From NCBI GenBank assembly GCA_038867615.1, contig JAWBYA010000004.1:32001-96000 (forward strand): DNA of 64,000 nucleotides, given 5' to 3'. Source of the stretch: Sulfolobales archaeon. GTDB lineage: Archaea; Thermoproteota; Thermoprotei_A; Sulfolobales; AG1. Below are positions 41,898-51,078 of this stretch, piece by piece. The first letter of the stretch is position 1, and each line of letters begins with the position of its first letter. The notes beneath the pieces were generated by a model, which was not told the origin of the DNA, did not search any database, and was given only the letters and a program-made list of their open reading frames with translations. The position numbers and the translations under genes were made by a program.

Positions 41898-43202
41898 ATG
41901 TTTGACGTTGTAGTGATAGGGGCTGGTCATAATGGTTTAACCGCAGCTATTGTGCTTGCTATGAAGGGGCTTAATGTTGCCGTAATAGATCATCTGCCAT
42001 GGTATGGCGGCATGTCAGGCTCAAAATGGCTAGCCGGCTCCAAGATCCCTGTTGGGGCTTATGTGGTTGGGCTAGTCCCCGAGAGGATCTTAAGGGCTGT
42101 TGGGGTTAGGTTCAAAAGGTTCTATCCAGACCCTATGGCAGTGTATCTGCATGGCGATACTATTGTTAGGTGGTGGTTTGATCTTGATAGGAGGTTTCGT
42201 GAGTTAGAATCTATTGGTGTGGATAATGTTAGGGAGATGTGGGGATCTATTGTAGATTTCCACAGATCTCTTGAGAGATACCTATTAACAATAGATCCCC
42301 CATCTATGCAGGAACTCCTCTCCGACCCCGTGTTGGAATGGTTTGTTAAAAAGAGCTCGAGGGATTTCCTTGCAAAATATCTCCCACCATGGCTGTGGGG
42401 CATGTTTATACTGGATTTCTACCTGGATCAGCCTGCTTTTCTCGTCGGTTACTATAACCCTCCCGAAGGCTGGTTCTTTCCAGAGAATGGTAGGGAGAGG
42501 GGTGCATGGGTTCTTGTTGATGAGCTTTTTAGAAGAGCTGTTGATGAGGGAGTTAAGATCTACCTTGGGATCGGTGTTTCTAGAATCCTGGTTGAGGGTG
42601 GGAAGGCTAGAGGTGTGATTCTGGAGGATGGTAGTAGGGTTGAAGCTAGGTATGTGATCTCGACTGCAAGCCCTGCTAACACTCTCATCGATATGCTGGA
42701 TCCAGGGATCATTGATGAGGATATTATAAAGAGGCTTGAGAAGGGAAGCCCGATGATTGGTGTGAGGAGATTAGCAGTGATTCTTAAGGAAAAACCCAAG
42801 TTGACGGGCTATCTAGAGCCATATAGGGAATCGATCATACAGACACCTAAGGGAGAGGTTGTGGTTATGGGTAACAGTGTGATCGCTACCGGGGGGTTTG
42901 AAATAGAGGATCTCGAGGAACTGATCCTAAATGTTAGAAGAGACGCGAAAGCCCTAGAGATCATCGATGCCAGGGATCTAGAGAATGTGTTTAGGGTGAG
43001 AGGAGCTAACGTGAATCATATTATAATGACCCAGGATTACCTATTCAACTGCAGACCCGTGTGCGGCTGGGGCTATAGAACACCTGTTGAAGGGCTCTAC
43101 CTAGGCGGTGCAGGTACATGGCCTGGCGGCCAGCTTACCTGTGTTCCAGGGTGGAATGCTGCTCACAGGCTGCTGAGTGATTTGAAGAATGGGTATAGAT
43201 AG
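41898..43202 (+). CDS. Phytoene desaturase-family FAD oxidoreductase
   Basis: GAGHNGL, YRTPVEGLYLGGAGTWPGG..PGWNAA. Confidence 0.87.
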   Translation: MFDVVVIGAGHNGLTAAIVLAMKGLNVAVIDHLPWYGGMSGSKWLAGSKIPVGAYVVGLVPERILRAVGVRFKRFYPDPMAVYLHGDTIVRWWFDLDRRFRELESIGVDNVREMWGSIVDFHRSLERYLLTIDPPSMQELLSDPVLEWFVKKSSRDFLAKYLPPWLWGMFILDFYLDQPAFLVGYYNPPEGWFFPENGRERGAWVLVDELFRRAVDEGVKIYLGIGVSRILVEGGKARGVILEDGSRVEARYVISTASPANTLIDMLDPGIIDEDIIKRLEKGSPMIGVRRLAVILKEKPKLTGYLEPYRESIIQTPKGEVVVMGNSVIATGGFEIEDLEELILNVRRDAKALEIIDARDLENVFRVRGANVNHIIMTQDYLFNCRPVCGWGYRTPVEGLYLGGAGTWPGGQLTCVPGWNAAHRLLSDLKNGYR

Positions 43203-43203
43203 G

Positions 43204-43306
43204 TGGGGCCGCCGGGATTTGAACCCGGGACCACCAGCGCTCTGGGATCCCTTGCTACGGGGTGCTCACCCCAGGCTGGCATCCTCCCAAGCTAGACTAC
43301 GGCCCC
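43204..43306 (-). tRNA. tRNA-Pro(GGG) with a 29-nt intron at canonical 37/38 (intron 43240-43268); CCA not fully encoded
   Basis: Minus strand GGGGCCG...CGGCCCCA acceptor stem, anticodon arm CCAGC-CTGGGG^C-GCTGG, T arm CCGGG-TTCAAAT-CCCGG; BHB with central helix CTGG/CCAG and two 3-nt bulges. Confidence 0.96.
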
Positions 43307-43393
43307 TCACGTTCATATGATCCTGTCTATAGCTAATAAGCTAAGATCTCGGTCTTTATTATCTTCCCTAGAAACATATCTAATGGAGCAATA

Positions 43394-44002
43394 TTGGATA
43401 GGAGACATGGTTATTTCGAATATGCTGAAGGGTTCAGGGGAGTTCCATATATTCTTGAGAAGGGAAGCTTGATCGATAACATTGTATTGATCCATGAGGA
43501 GAACTTCAATGCAACGATCTCTAACGATCAGAGGCTGGCGATATTATCGCTGCTCGCTAAAGGCGTTACGAGAGCATCACAGCTTGCCGAGAACATTGGG
43601 GTTGTAAGGACGGCTGTTTACAGGCATCTACACTTCCTAGAGAACCACGGCTGGATTGTTAAGCATGGTGAGGATTATCTATTAACATCAAAGATATATC
43701 TCGTTTACAGGGTGTATAGCTCGCCAGCGGGGGCTTCTCTAGAGGTGCTTGAGAATAAGGGTGCCTTTATAGATGATAGCTATGGTCTTCTAGTAATAGT
43801 CAGTGGTGTCGATGCTAGTAAGAGATGCACTAGCTGTCTGTTAATAGATCTGTGTAGAAGTAGTGTGGATGCCATAAGCAGGAGATTCGATGTGAGCGAG
43901 AGTGAAATCCCTTCTATAAGGATCATATCATCGCTATCTAAGCTCGTTAAGATGAATATAGAAAGCATGCTTAGAAAGGGATTTGTGGTTCTTAAGAAGT
44001 GA
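43394..44002 (+). CDS. ArsR-like winged-HTH regulator with C-terminal CxxCx5C motif
   Basis: RLAILSLL..ASQLAENIGVVRTAVYRHLHFLENHGWI; CTSCLLIDLC. Confidence 0.78.
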   Translation: MDRRHGYFEYAEGFRGVPYILEKGSLIDNIVLIHEENFNATISNDQRLAILSLLAKGVTRASQLAENIGVVRTAVYRHLHFLENHGWIVKHGEDYLLTSKIYLVYRVYSSPAGASLEVLENKGAFIDDSYGLLVIVSGVDASKRCTSCLLIDLCRSSVDAISRRFDVSESEIPSIRIISSLSKLVKMNIESMLRKGFVVLKK

Positions 44003-44017
44003 TCACGGCATGGTATA

Positions 44018-45469
44018 ATGATCAGGATTGTTGTTAAGAGCAGGATAACAGATCTAGGGGTTGTTACAACAAACCATGTGACAGAGATCCGTGTTCCGAA
44101 ACAGATAACCCTGCTTGACTGCATGCTCAAAACAATGGGCTATTCGCTATGTGCAGCATATCTAGTATCGGGGGAACCTAGGGATGATGATATAGTGAGT
44201 GCAGCTGCTAGAAGACTTGTAAGCGATCTATCTAACGATCTCTCAGCATTCTCAGAGGCACATGGTCTTTTCAGAGTTAGCATCAAGTACCCCCTATACA
44301 AAAACCTATACAGGCTTACAAGCAGAGCAGAGATCTACAAACACCTAGCGATCAGATATCTAGAGAACGGGTCCCCGGACGTGGATCTCGCCATCGGGAT
44401 CACTGCTAGGAACGCAGGGTTCAAGATCGATGGTGGCTGGCTCTCCATAGATAAGGAGAAAGGATATCTGGTGAATATAAGGGCCGACTGGCTCAAGACG
44501 ATCCCAGCTATAGAGAGTCTGAAGAGGTCTTTTGATGAGTACCTAAACCCATTGATAAAGATACTGAAGAGCGTTAGAATCCCTCAGCTAGAAGATCCTC
44601 CCCCGCCTGAGGATCTCATAGAGTGCGTGGAGGGCAAGGTTATAGATTATAGATCTATAAGAGACAGGATCTATGATTCCGGAGTGGTTCGAAGCGACAA
44701 AACACTGCCTAAGATCCTCAACGCGCTCTCGACATCGAGGATTGTAAGGGATAGGGAGAGTGGTGTTAAGATGGTTATGAAAAACTTCTCTGACTACGCC
44801 TCGGCTAAATGGCTTCTGATAAGCCCTACTGTGGATCTAATGACCCGTGTGGGTATAAGGCCTAAGGCTCTTCCCAGGGCTAGGTTCTGGAATGAGTATA
44901 GATATACGATAGAGCTTAGGAGGCTCGGTATAGCGACCCAGAGGATCCTCTACATAGATCCATGGTCTCTCACGATGATTAAAGAATACATAGAGGGTGA
45001 GCCTCTGAGTAGGTATGCTATATATGGAGGTATGGTGGACGAGGCTGTCGAGATCTTTATGAGGACAATAGCTAAAATACATAGCAGCGGGGTTTGCTTG
45101 ATAGACACGAAACCAGATAATTTTATAGCCATGGAAGGGAGCGATACTGCTTACTGTATAGATCTTGAGCAGGCTGGAAGGTGTAGGAGGTATAGCCATA
45201 TGGCGTGGGATCTGGTTGTTTTCCCTTATTTCCTCCTGCTCATCGCCCCCAACAATATGGCTAACAGAATACCGCTTATAATCGAGGATAAGATAAGGAT
45301 CTATCTTGATAGTCTTAAACTTGGGGATAAGGCTAAGGCGAGGATTTTGAGCAGCCTGTCCGACCCGAGGATCACATATATATTCCTGGTAGGTTTATCG
45401 ATAATAGGTCCCACGAAGATCAAACCACTACTGGATATATTGAAAAAACTAGGCTCTCTAAAGCCATAG
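44018..45469 (+). CDS. Atypical protein-kinase-like protein (RIO/Bud32/Kdo-like C-terminal domain) with uncharacterised N-terminal region
   Basis: VMKNF, RFWNEY, KEYIEG hinge, IH..G..LIDTKPDNF catalytic loop, IDLEQA, AWDL. Confidence 0.78.
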   Translation: MIRIVVKSRITDLGVVTTNHVTEIRVPKQITLLDCMLKTMGYSLCAAYLVSGEPRDDDIVSAAARRLVSDLSNDLSAFSEAHGLFRVSIKYPLYKNLYRLTSRAEIYKHLAIRYLENGSPDVDLAIGITARNAGFKIDGGWLSIDKEKGYLVNIRADWLKTIPAIESLKRSFDEYLNPLIKILKSVRIPQLEDPPPPEDLIECVEGKVIDYRSIRDRIYDSGVVRSDKTLPKILNALSTSRIVRDRESGVKMVMKNFSDYASAKWLLISPTVDLMTRVGIRPKALPRARFWNEYRYTIELRRLGIATQRILYIDPWSLTMIKEYIEGEPLSRYAIYGGMVDEAVEIFMRTIAKIHSSGVCLIDTKPDNFIAMEGSDTAYCIDLEQAGRCRRYSHMAWDLVVFPYFLLLIAPNNMANRIPLIIEDKIRIYLDSLKLGDKAKARILSSLSDPRITYIFLVGLSIIGPTKIKPLLDILKKLGSLKP

Positions 45470-45535
45470 CCAGCTGTTTCAGGTTTCATGATGGTTTATA
45501 AGGATTGATATTAAACCCGAGTTCTGCAGTAATGT

Positions 45536-45725
45536 AACCTTATATAAGCTCTTATATTTCACTGGGATGCCCGCCCAACAATGAGGGTGGGATAGAGACC
45601 CGAGTGGGCGGGGTAAATACAGAGAGATCCAGGATGTGGGCCCCAATGAAAGGAGCCCTGAGGCCAATGAAGCCAAGGGAAGAGCAGTTGGTATAAAAAT
45701 CAACCGCAATGAAGCCCGAACCCCT
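45536..45725 (+). mobile_element. Mini-element A: putative internally deleted tnpB (IS200/IS605 or IS607 type) remnant / omega-RNA-like ncRNA
   Basis: Reads MPAQ/NEGGIETRVGGVNT (frameshifted) joined to RMWAPMKGALRPMKPR, recalled as crenarchaeal TnpB N- and C-terminal peptides; 36/48 nt identity to 48657-48704; K-turn and subterminal hairpin; boundaries approximate. Confidence 0.6.
45540..45547 (+). promoter_or_regulatory. TATA box upstream of mini-element A
   Basis: TTATATAA ~20 nt upstream of ATG 45567 and the GC-rich K-turn hairpin; no intact + strand ORF follows. Confidence 0.55.
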
Positions 45726-46132
45726 AATAAGTTCTTCTACACCACGCCATCACTTTCCTTCAAATAATATCACAAACATGGCAGGGATCTTCCACATATT
45801 CCCAGATATATGCTGCGATAGAGGATGAACCGATCTCTTATCGATGCTTGGGGAAGATTTATTAGCTTTGATCTATATGGTTTTGGTTACTGGTTTGTTT
45901 CAATATTGGCTCTGAGTGGTGATGGAGGCATAGCCCCAGCCATTAAGAGGATAGTTTCTCAAATCTAGACGAGAGCTTTGGTGTTATACTTAACAGCTAC
46001 TCATAAACCAACAGAGGTAAAGAGATCTCTATCGGCTAGGTTTAAGTCCCTAGATACGGATGAAAACAAAGAGTATCAAACATCCAAGGATAAAACGGTT
46101 GCTAGCCTGTAATCATAAGTGATCGATGGTTA

Positions 46133-47653
46133 CTATTGGCGGCTATTTCTTATCATCGATACTAGTTCCCTGAATCTCTCGTTAAATGTATTTATATCCT
46201 CTTCATTCCTACTGCTTGTCACATATTCTCCAGATCTTGAGAGTAAGGACCAGAGATCGCTGTATAGGTTCTTCACCCTCTCTAGTTCTCTTCTAGCTCT
46301 ACCACATGCTCCAGTCTCGTTTCCTCTGCATAGGTGTTCGAACCTCTCCTGATCAACGATCTTCAGCTCTCCATGTACTATGGAGGCGTCTAGCTCTAGG
46401 TCTAGATAGGATATCTTGATCATTACGTCATATATTACAGCTGGCTTCGTGTTTATATTGATATAAACTCCCTTGAGCTCTGAGTTATATCTATAATAGG
46501 CATGGATTGTTAACCAGCTATTCTCACCGATTATGGTGAGGGCCTTATCATCTTTCTCTTTCTGGATCCCCAGGCCGTCATATAACCCAGAGCCTGTTAT
46601 GCTTCTCACCACTCCTAGCCATAGCCCGTCTTCAAGGTTTAGGTATGTTTTAAGCCTACCCCTTCCAAGAATCCTTGGTTTCTCGAAGGGTCTGTTATGG
46701 ATTATGAGGATCTCGGCCCCGCTTGATAGCCTCTCAACAAGATGTTTCCTAAGCCCGTTCAATATAGCGTTGGGAGGGGCTCCTGATGCTGCTATGCTGT
46801 CTAGAAGATCGGCGGTATCTGGGTTATCTGAAAAAGCTTTTATCACGTGGTGCATTGGCGTGGTAGGGGTTACAAGAGATCTTACCCTATCCAGCTCGTC
46901 CATATCTTCTGGGGAGAGGTGTATAAAGGCTATCTTCTCACCCACATATAGTGGTTCCATACTCGCTGCAGAGTTGGCCTTGGTAGAGACTTCTGTTAAT
47001 GTTCTCTTTAAAGTGTCTAGCTCGCCCAAGAGTTCTTTTAGTGATGCTCTTGAGGCTGAGCTTCTCCAGGAAACCCCCAGCCCTTGTTTTAAAACCATGT
47101 CAGATATACCTCTAAGCTCGAGGATAACGTCGGGATCCCTTATATGTTCTGAGATCTTCTCGACAGGCTTGTCGAGAAGGATCATATACCTGCCAACGAT
47201 ATATATGCCTCTATCTATTAGAGGCGTTCCATCTCCTCTATATCCGATTATAGTGGCAACCAGATCCTCACCTTTATAGCAAGTCCTATCCTTGAGATAG
47301 CCATGAACACCTAGGGGTGTTTCTACATAGCATCCACCCATATCCTGGGAAGAAACCCTAGCCCTGAAAACCATGTATAATGGTAAGGGGCCTCGGTAGA
47401 GGGATGTTTTTACAACACTCGATATAGCCTTGAAAGCCTCTTCGACAGCGCCAGGAACCCCTATTATTACTAAAAGGCTCTTATTATCATCGCTATCCTT
47501 TACAGTAACATCCACGGGTCCCTCTGACTCTGTGTTAAGCCTCCTAGAGAGCTTCTCACTAATATCTCCTGGTTTAAAACCATAATCGATCAGAATCTTT
47601 GATATCGCTGTAGCATAGATCCCCCTAACCCTGAAGCCATAGGGCTGCTCCAT
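46133..47653 (-). CDS. FAU-1-like RNA-binding ribonuclease (RNase E/G-like plus DUF402)
   Basis: RVRGIYATAI, ISEHIRD, WRSSA, LDRVRSLVTPT..HH, YDGLG, GVYININT, YLDLELD. Confidence 0.88.
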   Translation of the reverse strand: MEQPYGFRVRGIYATAISKILIDYGFKPGDISEKLSRRLNTESEGPVDVTVKDSDDNKSLLVIIGVPGAVEEAFKAISSVVKTSLYRGPLPLYMVFRARVSSQDMGGCYVETPLGVHGYLKDRTCYKGEDLVATIIGYRGDGTPLIDRGIYIVGRYMILLDKPVEKISEHIRDPDVILELRGISDMVLKQGLGVSWRSSASRASLKELLGELDTLKRTLTEVSTKANSAASMEPLYVGEKIAFIHLSPEDMDELDRVRSLVTPTTPMHHVIKAFSDNPDTADLLDSIAASGAPPNAILNGLRKHLVERLSSGAEILIIHNRPFEKPRILGRGRLKTYLNLEDGLWLGVVRSITGSGLYDGLGIQKEKDDKALTIIGENSWLTIHAYYRYNSELKGVYININTKPAVIYDVMIKISYLDLELDASIVHGELKIVDQERFEHLCRGNETGACGRARRELERVKNLYSDLWSLLSRSGEYVTSSRNEEDINTFNERFRELVSMIRNSRQ

Positions 47654-47662
47654 AGCTATCCC

Positions 47663-47947
47663 TTAATCCTTAACAGTCTCAAGCCTTGTCGCTATCTGCC
47701 ATAGGAGGTTCCTGGCATGAGTGGGCATGTTGGGATCCTGGCTAACCTCGTCGAGAATGCTAACAGCGTTCGCAGCCCTCACGCCTGGTGTGAGGCTCTG
47801 TTCCTGCAGGATCTTTATAGCCTGTATAGCTGCTCTCCTAATATTTCTGGGAACCTGGGAGTCGTTAACAATACCCATTAGAAGAACCAGGGCTTCTTTA
47901 ATCTTAGCCTCGTTCTGAGCCTTCTTCTGAGCCTCAATGCTGCTCAT
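47663..47947 (-). CDS. UPF0147 family protein
   Basis: [30 protein letters not shown]. Confidence 0.92.
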   Translation of the reverse strand: MSSIEAQKKAQNEAKIKEALVLLMGIVNDSQVPRNIRRAAIQAIKILQEQSLTPGVRAANAVSILDEVSQDPNMPTHARNLLWQIATRLETVKD

Positions 47948-48006
47948 AACACCACCCCCAGATCTTCTCTCTATATCATCTATACAATAGAGCAGTTTTA
48001 TTTTTA

Positions 48007-48540
48007 ATGCCTCCCACCTACCAAGGATTGGGGATCACATACTCAATGAATGCTGGAGAGGCCATAAGCTGCTCCGGAAACCCCCCTGAGGATCTTTTGA
48101 ACGAGATCTATGGGGTCGAGCTCACATGCTTCAAGGACCCATACCCACCGAGACTCCTCCTATACTATGTAAGACTGGCACCAGATCTATTCATAGTATG
48201 CAGATCAAATGAAAAGATCGTGGGATACGCGATAGGAGTTATAGAGAACTATGGGAGAACAGGCCATGTAGTCTCCATATGCGTCCACAAAGACCATAGG
48301 AGAAAAGGCGTTGGGAGGATCTTGATGGAGACTCTTGAGAAGCTATTCATAGAAAAAGGAGCCATCGAAGCAAAACTCGAGGTGAGGGTGAGCAACGAGC
48401 CAGCAATAAACCTCTATAGATCCATGGGCTACACCATAGCAAACATATATCACAGCTACTATAGCGATGGTGAGGATGCATATATAATGATCAAGAGCCT
48501 CTCAAAAACCCGAAATGTTAGCCCACGATATATTTCATAA
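48007..48540 (+). CDS. RimI/Ard1-type N-acetyltransferase (likely start ATG 48046)
   Basis: [39 protein letters not shown]. Confidence 0.92.
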   Translation: MPPTYQGLGITYSMNAGEAISCSGNPPEDLLNEIYGVELTCFKDPYPPRLLLYYVRLAPDLFIVCRSNEKIVGYAIGVIENYGRTGHVVSICVHKDHRRKGVGRILMETLEKLFIEKGAIEAKLEVRVSNEPAINLYRSMGYTIANIYHSYYSDGEDAYIMIKSLSKTRNVSPRYIS

Positions 48541-48704
48541 AGACCCCGAGCAGAGAGGTAGAAACAGGATGCGATGGTTTCTCCACAGCAGCGGGCCAGA
48601 GACAAACTATGAGGAGGAGTTGTGGGTTGGGGTTACACTGAACGGTGTGGAGGTTGAGGATGATAACCCCGATGAAAGAAGTCCTGATGCCTATGAAACC
48701 TAAG
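48515..48704 (+). mobile_element. Mini-element B: second, more degenerate tnpB-end remnant
   Basis: AGACCCCGAG..GGTAGAAACAG resembles the 5' part of element A; encodes RMRWFLHS..ELWVGVTLNG then (shifted) MITPMKEVLMPMKPK; 75% identity to A over 48 nt; boundaries approximate. Confidence 0.58.
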
Positions 48705-48763
48705 CTCTACACTATGGCTTAGATCGTCTGGTTCTCTTCATATATTCTCCAGATTCTCAAGCC

Positions 48764-49864
48764 CTAGATCTTTGATAAAAGGTCTATTATATAGTTTATA
48801 TCGTCTTCTCTTAACGCTGGGTGTATGGGGAGGCTCAGGATCCTTTGAGAAGCTTTGTAGGAGTTGGAGCAGCAGTTTTTATAACCCAGCTTTCTGTATA
48901 GTGGTTGCATGTGTATTGGTAAGGGATAGTGGATCGCTGTCTCGACACCGTGTTCTCTGAGGTATGATGCTAGCTCGTCTCTAGACACTGGGGCGTCGTC
49001 CTCTAGCATTACTACGTATTGGTGATATACATGCCTAGCCCATGGCTTCTCTATAGGCGGTCTAAGCCATCCAAGCTTCTTTATACCCTGGGTCATTTTC
49101 TCAGCATTTCTTCTCCTGATCTCGTTAAGCCTATCAAGCTTCTCAAGCTGTGAGATCCCGAGGGCTGCCTGGATAGATGTCATTCTATAGTTACCCCCAA
49201 GCTCTATATGGATATACTTAGCCTCCTGACCATGGTTTCTCAAAAGCTCAATCCTTCTCGCAAGGTCATCGCTATTTGTTGTAACCATGCCCCCCTCGCC
49301 TGTAGTCATGTTCTTCGTAGCATAGAAGCTAAAAGCCCCCAGATCTCCGAGAGACCCGCACTTCATACCCTTATACAGAGCACCGTGGGCTTGGGCAGCA
49401 TCTTCTATGACGAAAACACCATGATCCCTAGCGATCCTTACTATCGGATCCATATCGGCTGGATGTCCATAAAGGTGCACTGGGATCACAGCCCTAGTCC
49501 TCCTCGAGATCGAATCCTCAACGCAAGATGTATCTAGAGAGAAAATCTCAAGATCTATATCGCAAAGCACAGGCCTGGCACCAAGCATCAAGACCGTATT
49601 AGCTGTAGCAATAAATGTGAAACTTGGTACGATAACCTCATCACCAGGCTTAACCCCAATAGCCCTGAGGGAAAGCTCTAAAGCAACAGTACCGTTGGTC
49701 ACTGCAAGAGCCCTCTTAACACCAACGTATTTGGCAAACCTGGTCTCGAACTCCTCCACAAGGGGGCCGTGGGCGAGCCAGCCGCTTCTCATTGCCTTGA
49801 CAACCATCTCCACATCATTCTCGTCTATATGGGGTACGGATATCTTTATGCTCCTCCTATCCAT
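48764..49864 (-). CDS. DegT/DnrJ/EryC1/StrS family PLP-dependent sugar aminotransferase
   Basis: NGTVAL, PVHLYG, EDAAQAHG, FSFYATKNMTTGEGG, LSLPIHP. Confidence 0.94.
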   Translation of the reverse strand: MDRRSIKISVPHIDENDVEMVVKAMRSGWLAHGPLVEEFETRFAKYVGVKRALAVTNGTVALELSLRAIGVKPGDEVIVPSFTFIATANTVLMLGARPVLCDIDLEIFSLDTSCVEDSISRRTRAVIPVHLYGHPADMDPIVRIARDHGVFVIEDAAQAHGALYKGMKCGSLGDLGAFSFYATKNMTTGEGGMVTTNSDDLARRIELLRNHGQEAKYIHIELGGNYRMTSIQAALGISQLEKLDRLNEIRRRNAEKMTQGIKKLGWLRPPIEKPWARHVYHQYVVMLEDDAPVSRDELASYLREHGVETAIHYPLPIHMQPLYRKLGYKNCCSNSYKASQRILSLPIHPALREDDINYIIDLLSKI

Positions 49865-50109
49865 GGTCCTCCAAGAGCATTACCTATGGTCTATATATAA
49901 GACTAGCCTGTGTTTCCAAAAAATAGTAACGCATATCGAAACGTGTAGTAGTCTAGCTAGTATAAACTTCATAAGATCTATTTTAATAGCGATCTAAAAG
50001 CCCTTGATCCTTACCCCTATGCTGACACCATATAATATATGGGCTAGTGTGTAAGGATGGCAGGATGCCTCGAACTTTTTACCCCCCATAGCTCATTCTA
50101 GGTGGGCTT

Positions 50110-51078
50110 TTGGGAGAGTGGATAGGCTCAACAAGCCCCGGCTGGTATGATGGGTTTAGGGGTAAGGATGTTATTTCCGCTAGAGATTTCAGCAGGGAGG
50201 ATTATGAGGCTCTCTTCCGCTACGCGGATCTATATGAAAAGGATCCAGGGTTCTACAAAGGCCTTCTGAAGGATTGCACAGCGGCCCTAGTGTTTGTTGA
50301 ACCATCTACCAGGACTTTCCATAGCTTTGAGACTGCTGCAAGGATCCTTGGATGCGGCGTTACAGCTATAAGGGATCCCTCCATGTCATCTATAGCTAAG
50401 GGTGAAAGCCTCCACGATACCATAAAGATGATCGAGTCCTATGGTGCGAGCATAATAATACTCAGGCACCCGGCTAGGGGTGCGGCTCTCTATGCTGCAG
50501 AGATCTCGAGAGTCCCTGTTATCAATGCTGGCGATGGTAGTAGGGAGCATCCAACACAAGCCATGCTGGATCTATATACTATTGCTAGGAAGAGGGGAGG
50601 TATAGATGGTTTGAGAATAGCCTTCCTAGGAGATCTCAGGTTCTCTAGAACAGTATCCTCCCTAAGCTATGCCCTCGCATCCTTCAAAGATATAGAGATC
50701 CTCTACATAGCTCCACCAATACTCCAGATAAGGCGGGAGGTTAAGATCTATTTAGAGGACAGGGGGGTTGAGTATAAAGAGATAGTCGATATGGATAAGG
50801 CGAGGGAGATCATCAGATCTATCGATGTCCTCTACGTAACAAGGCTCCAGAAAGAAAGATTCCCCGACCCCAGCGAGTATGAGAAGCTTAGGGGAGCCTA
50901 TACAGTGGGGCCAGAGATCCTGGGTATTATGAGGAGCGATGCAGGAATAATGCACCCACTCCCAAGAGTGGACGAGCTCTCGCCAGAGCTAGATTCTAAA
51001 CCAAATGCATGGTACTTTGACCAGGCTAGGTGGGGCTTGAATGTTAGGGTTGCTCTCCTCAGCCTAATACTGAGGTGA
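50110..51078 (+). CDS. pyrB: Aspartate carbamoyltransferase catalytic subunit
   Basis: EPSTRT, KGES, HPTQ, RLQKER, HPLPR. Confidence 0.97.
   Translation: MGEWIGSTSPGWYDGFRGKDVISARDFSREDYEALFRYADLYEKDPGFYKGLLKDCTAALVFVEPSTRTFHSFETAARILGCGVTAIRDPSMSSIAKGESLHDTIKMIESYGASIIILRHPARGAALYAAEISRVPVINAGDGSREHPTQAMLDLYTIARKRGGIDGLRIAFLGDLRFSRTVSSLSYALASFKDIEILYIAPPILQIRREVKIYLEDRGVEYKEIVDMDKAREIIRSIDVLYVTRLQKERFPDPSEYEKLRGAYTVGPEILGIMRSDAGIMHPLPRVDELSPELDSKPNAWYFDQARWGLNVRVALLSLILR

Noticed and set aside
45513-45520. AAACCCGA as a shared left end of elements A and B (also 48506-48513)
   Set aside because: The same octamer occurs at ordinary promoter regions (e.g. 14981, ~21420, ~28397), so it is not diagnostic
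45556-45625. Element A hairpin as an H/ACA guide RNA
   Set aside because: It has a K-turn, but the ACA lies only ~6 nt from the stem (14-16 expected) and there is no good lower stem or pocket
43204-46132. tRNA-Pro as an integration site for an island
   Set aside because: No duplicated tRNA half (att site) or integrase seen; neighbouring genes look chromosomal
48712-48727. 15/16 match of the sequence after element B to 32274-32289 as a guide-target pair
   Set aside because: A rough estimate gives close to one such match by chance among intergenic sequences, and the element end and TAM are unmapped; revisit once the ends are known
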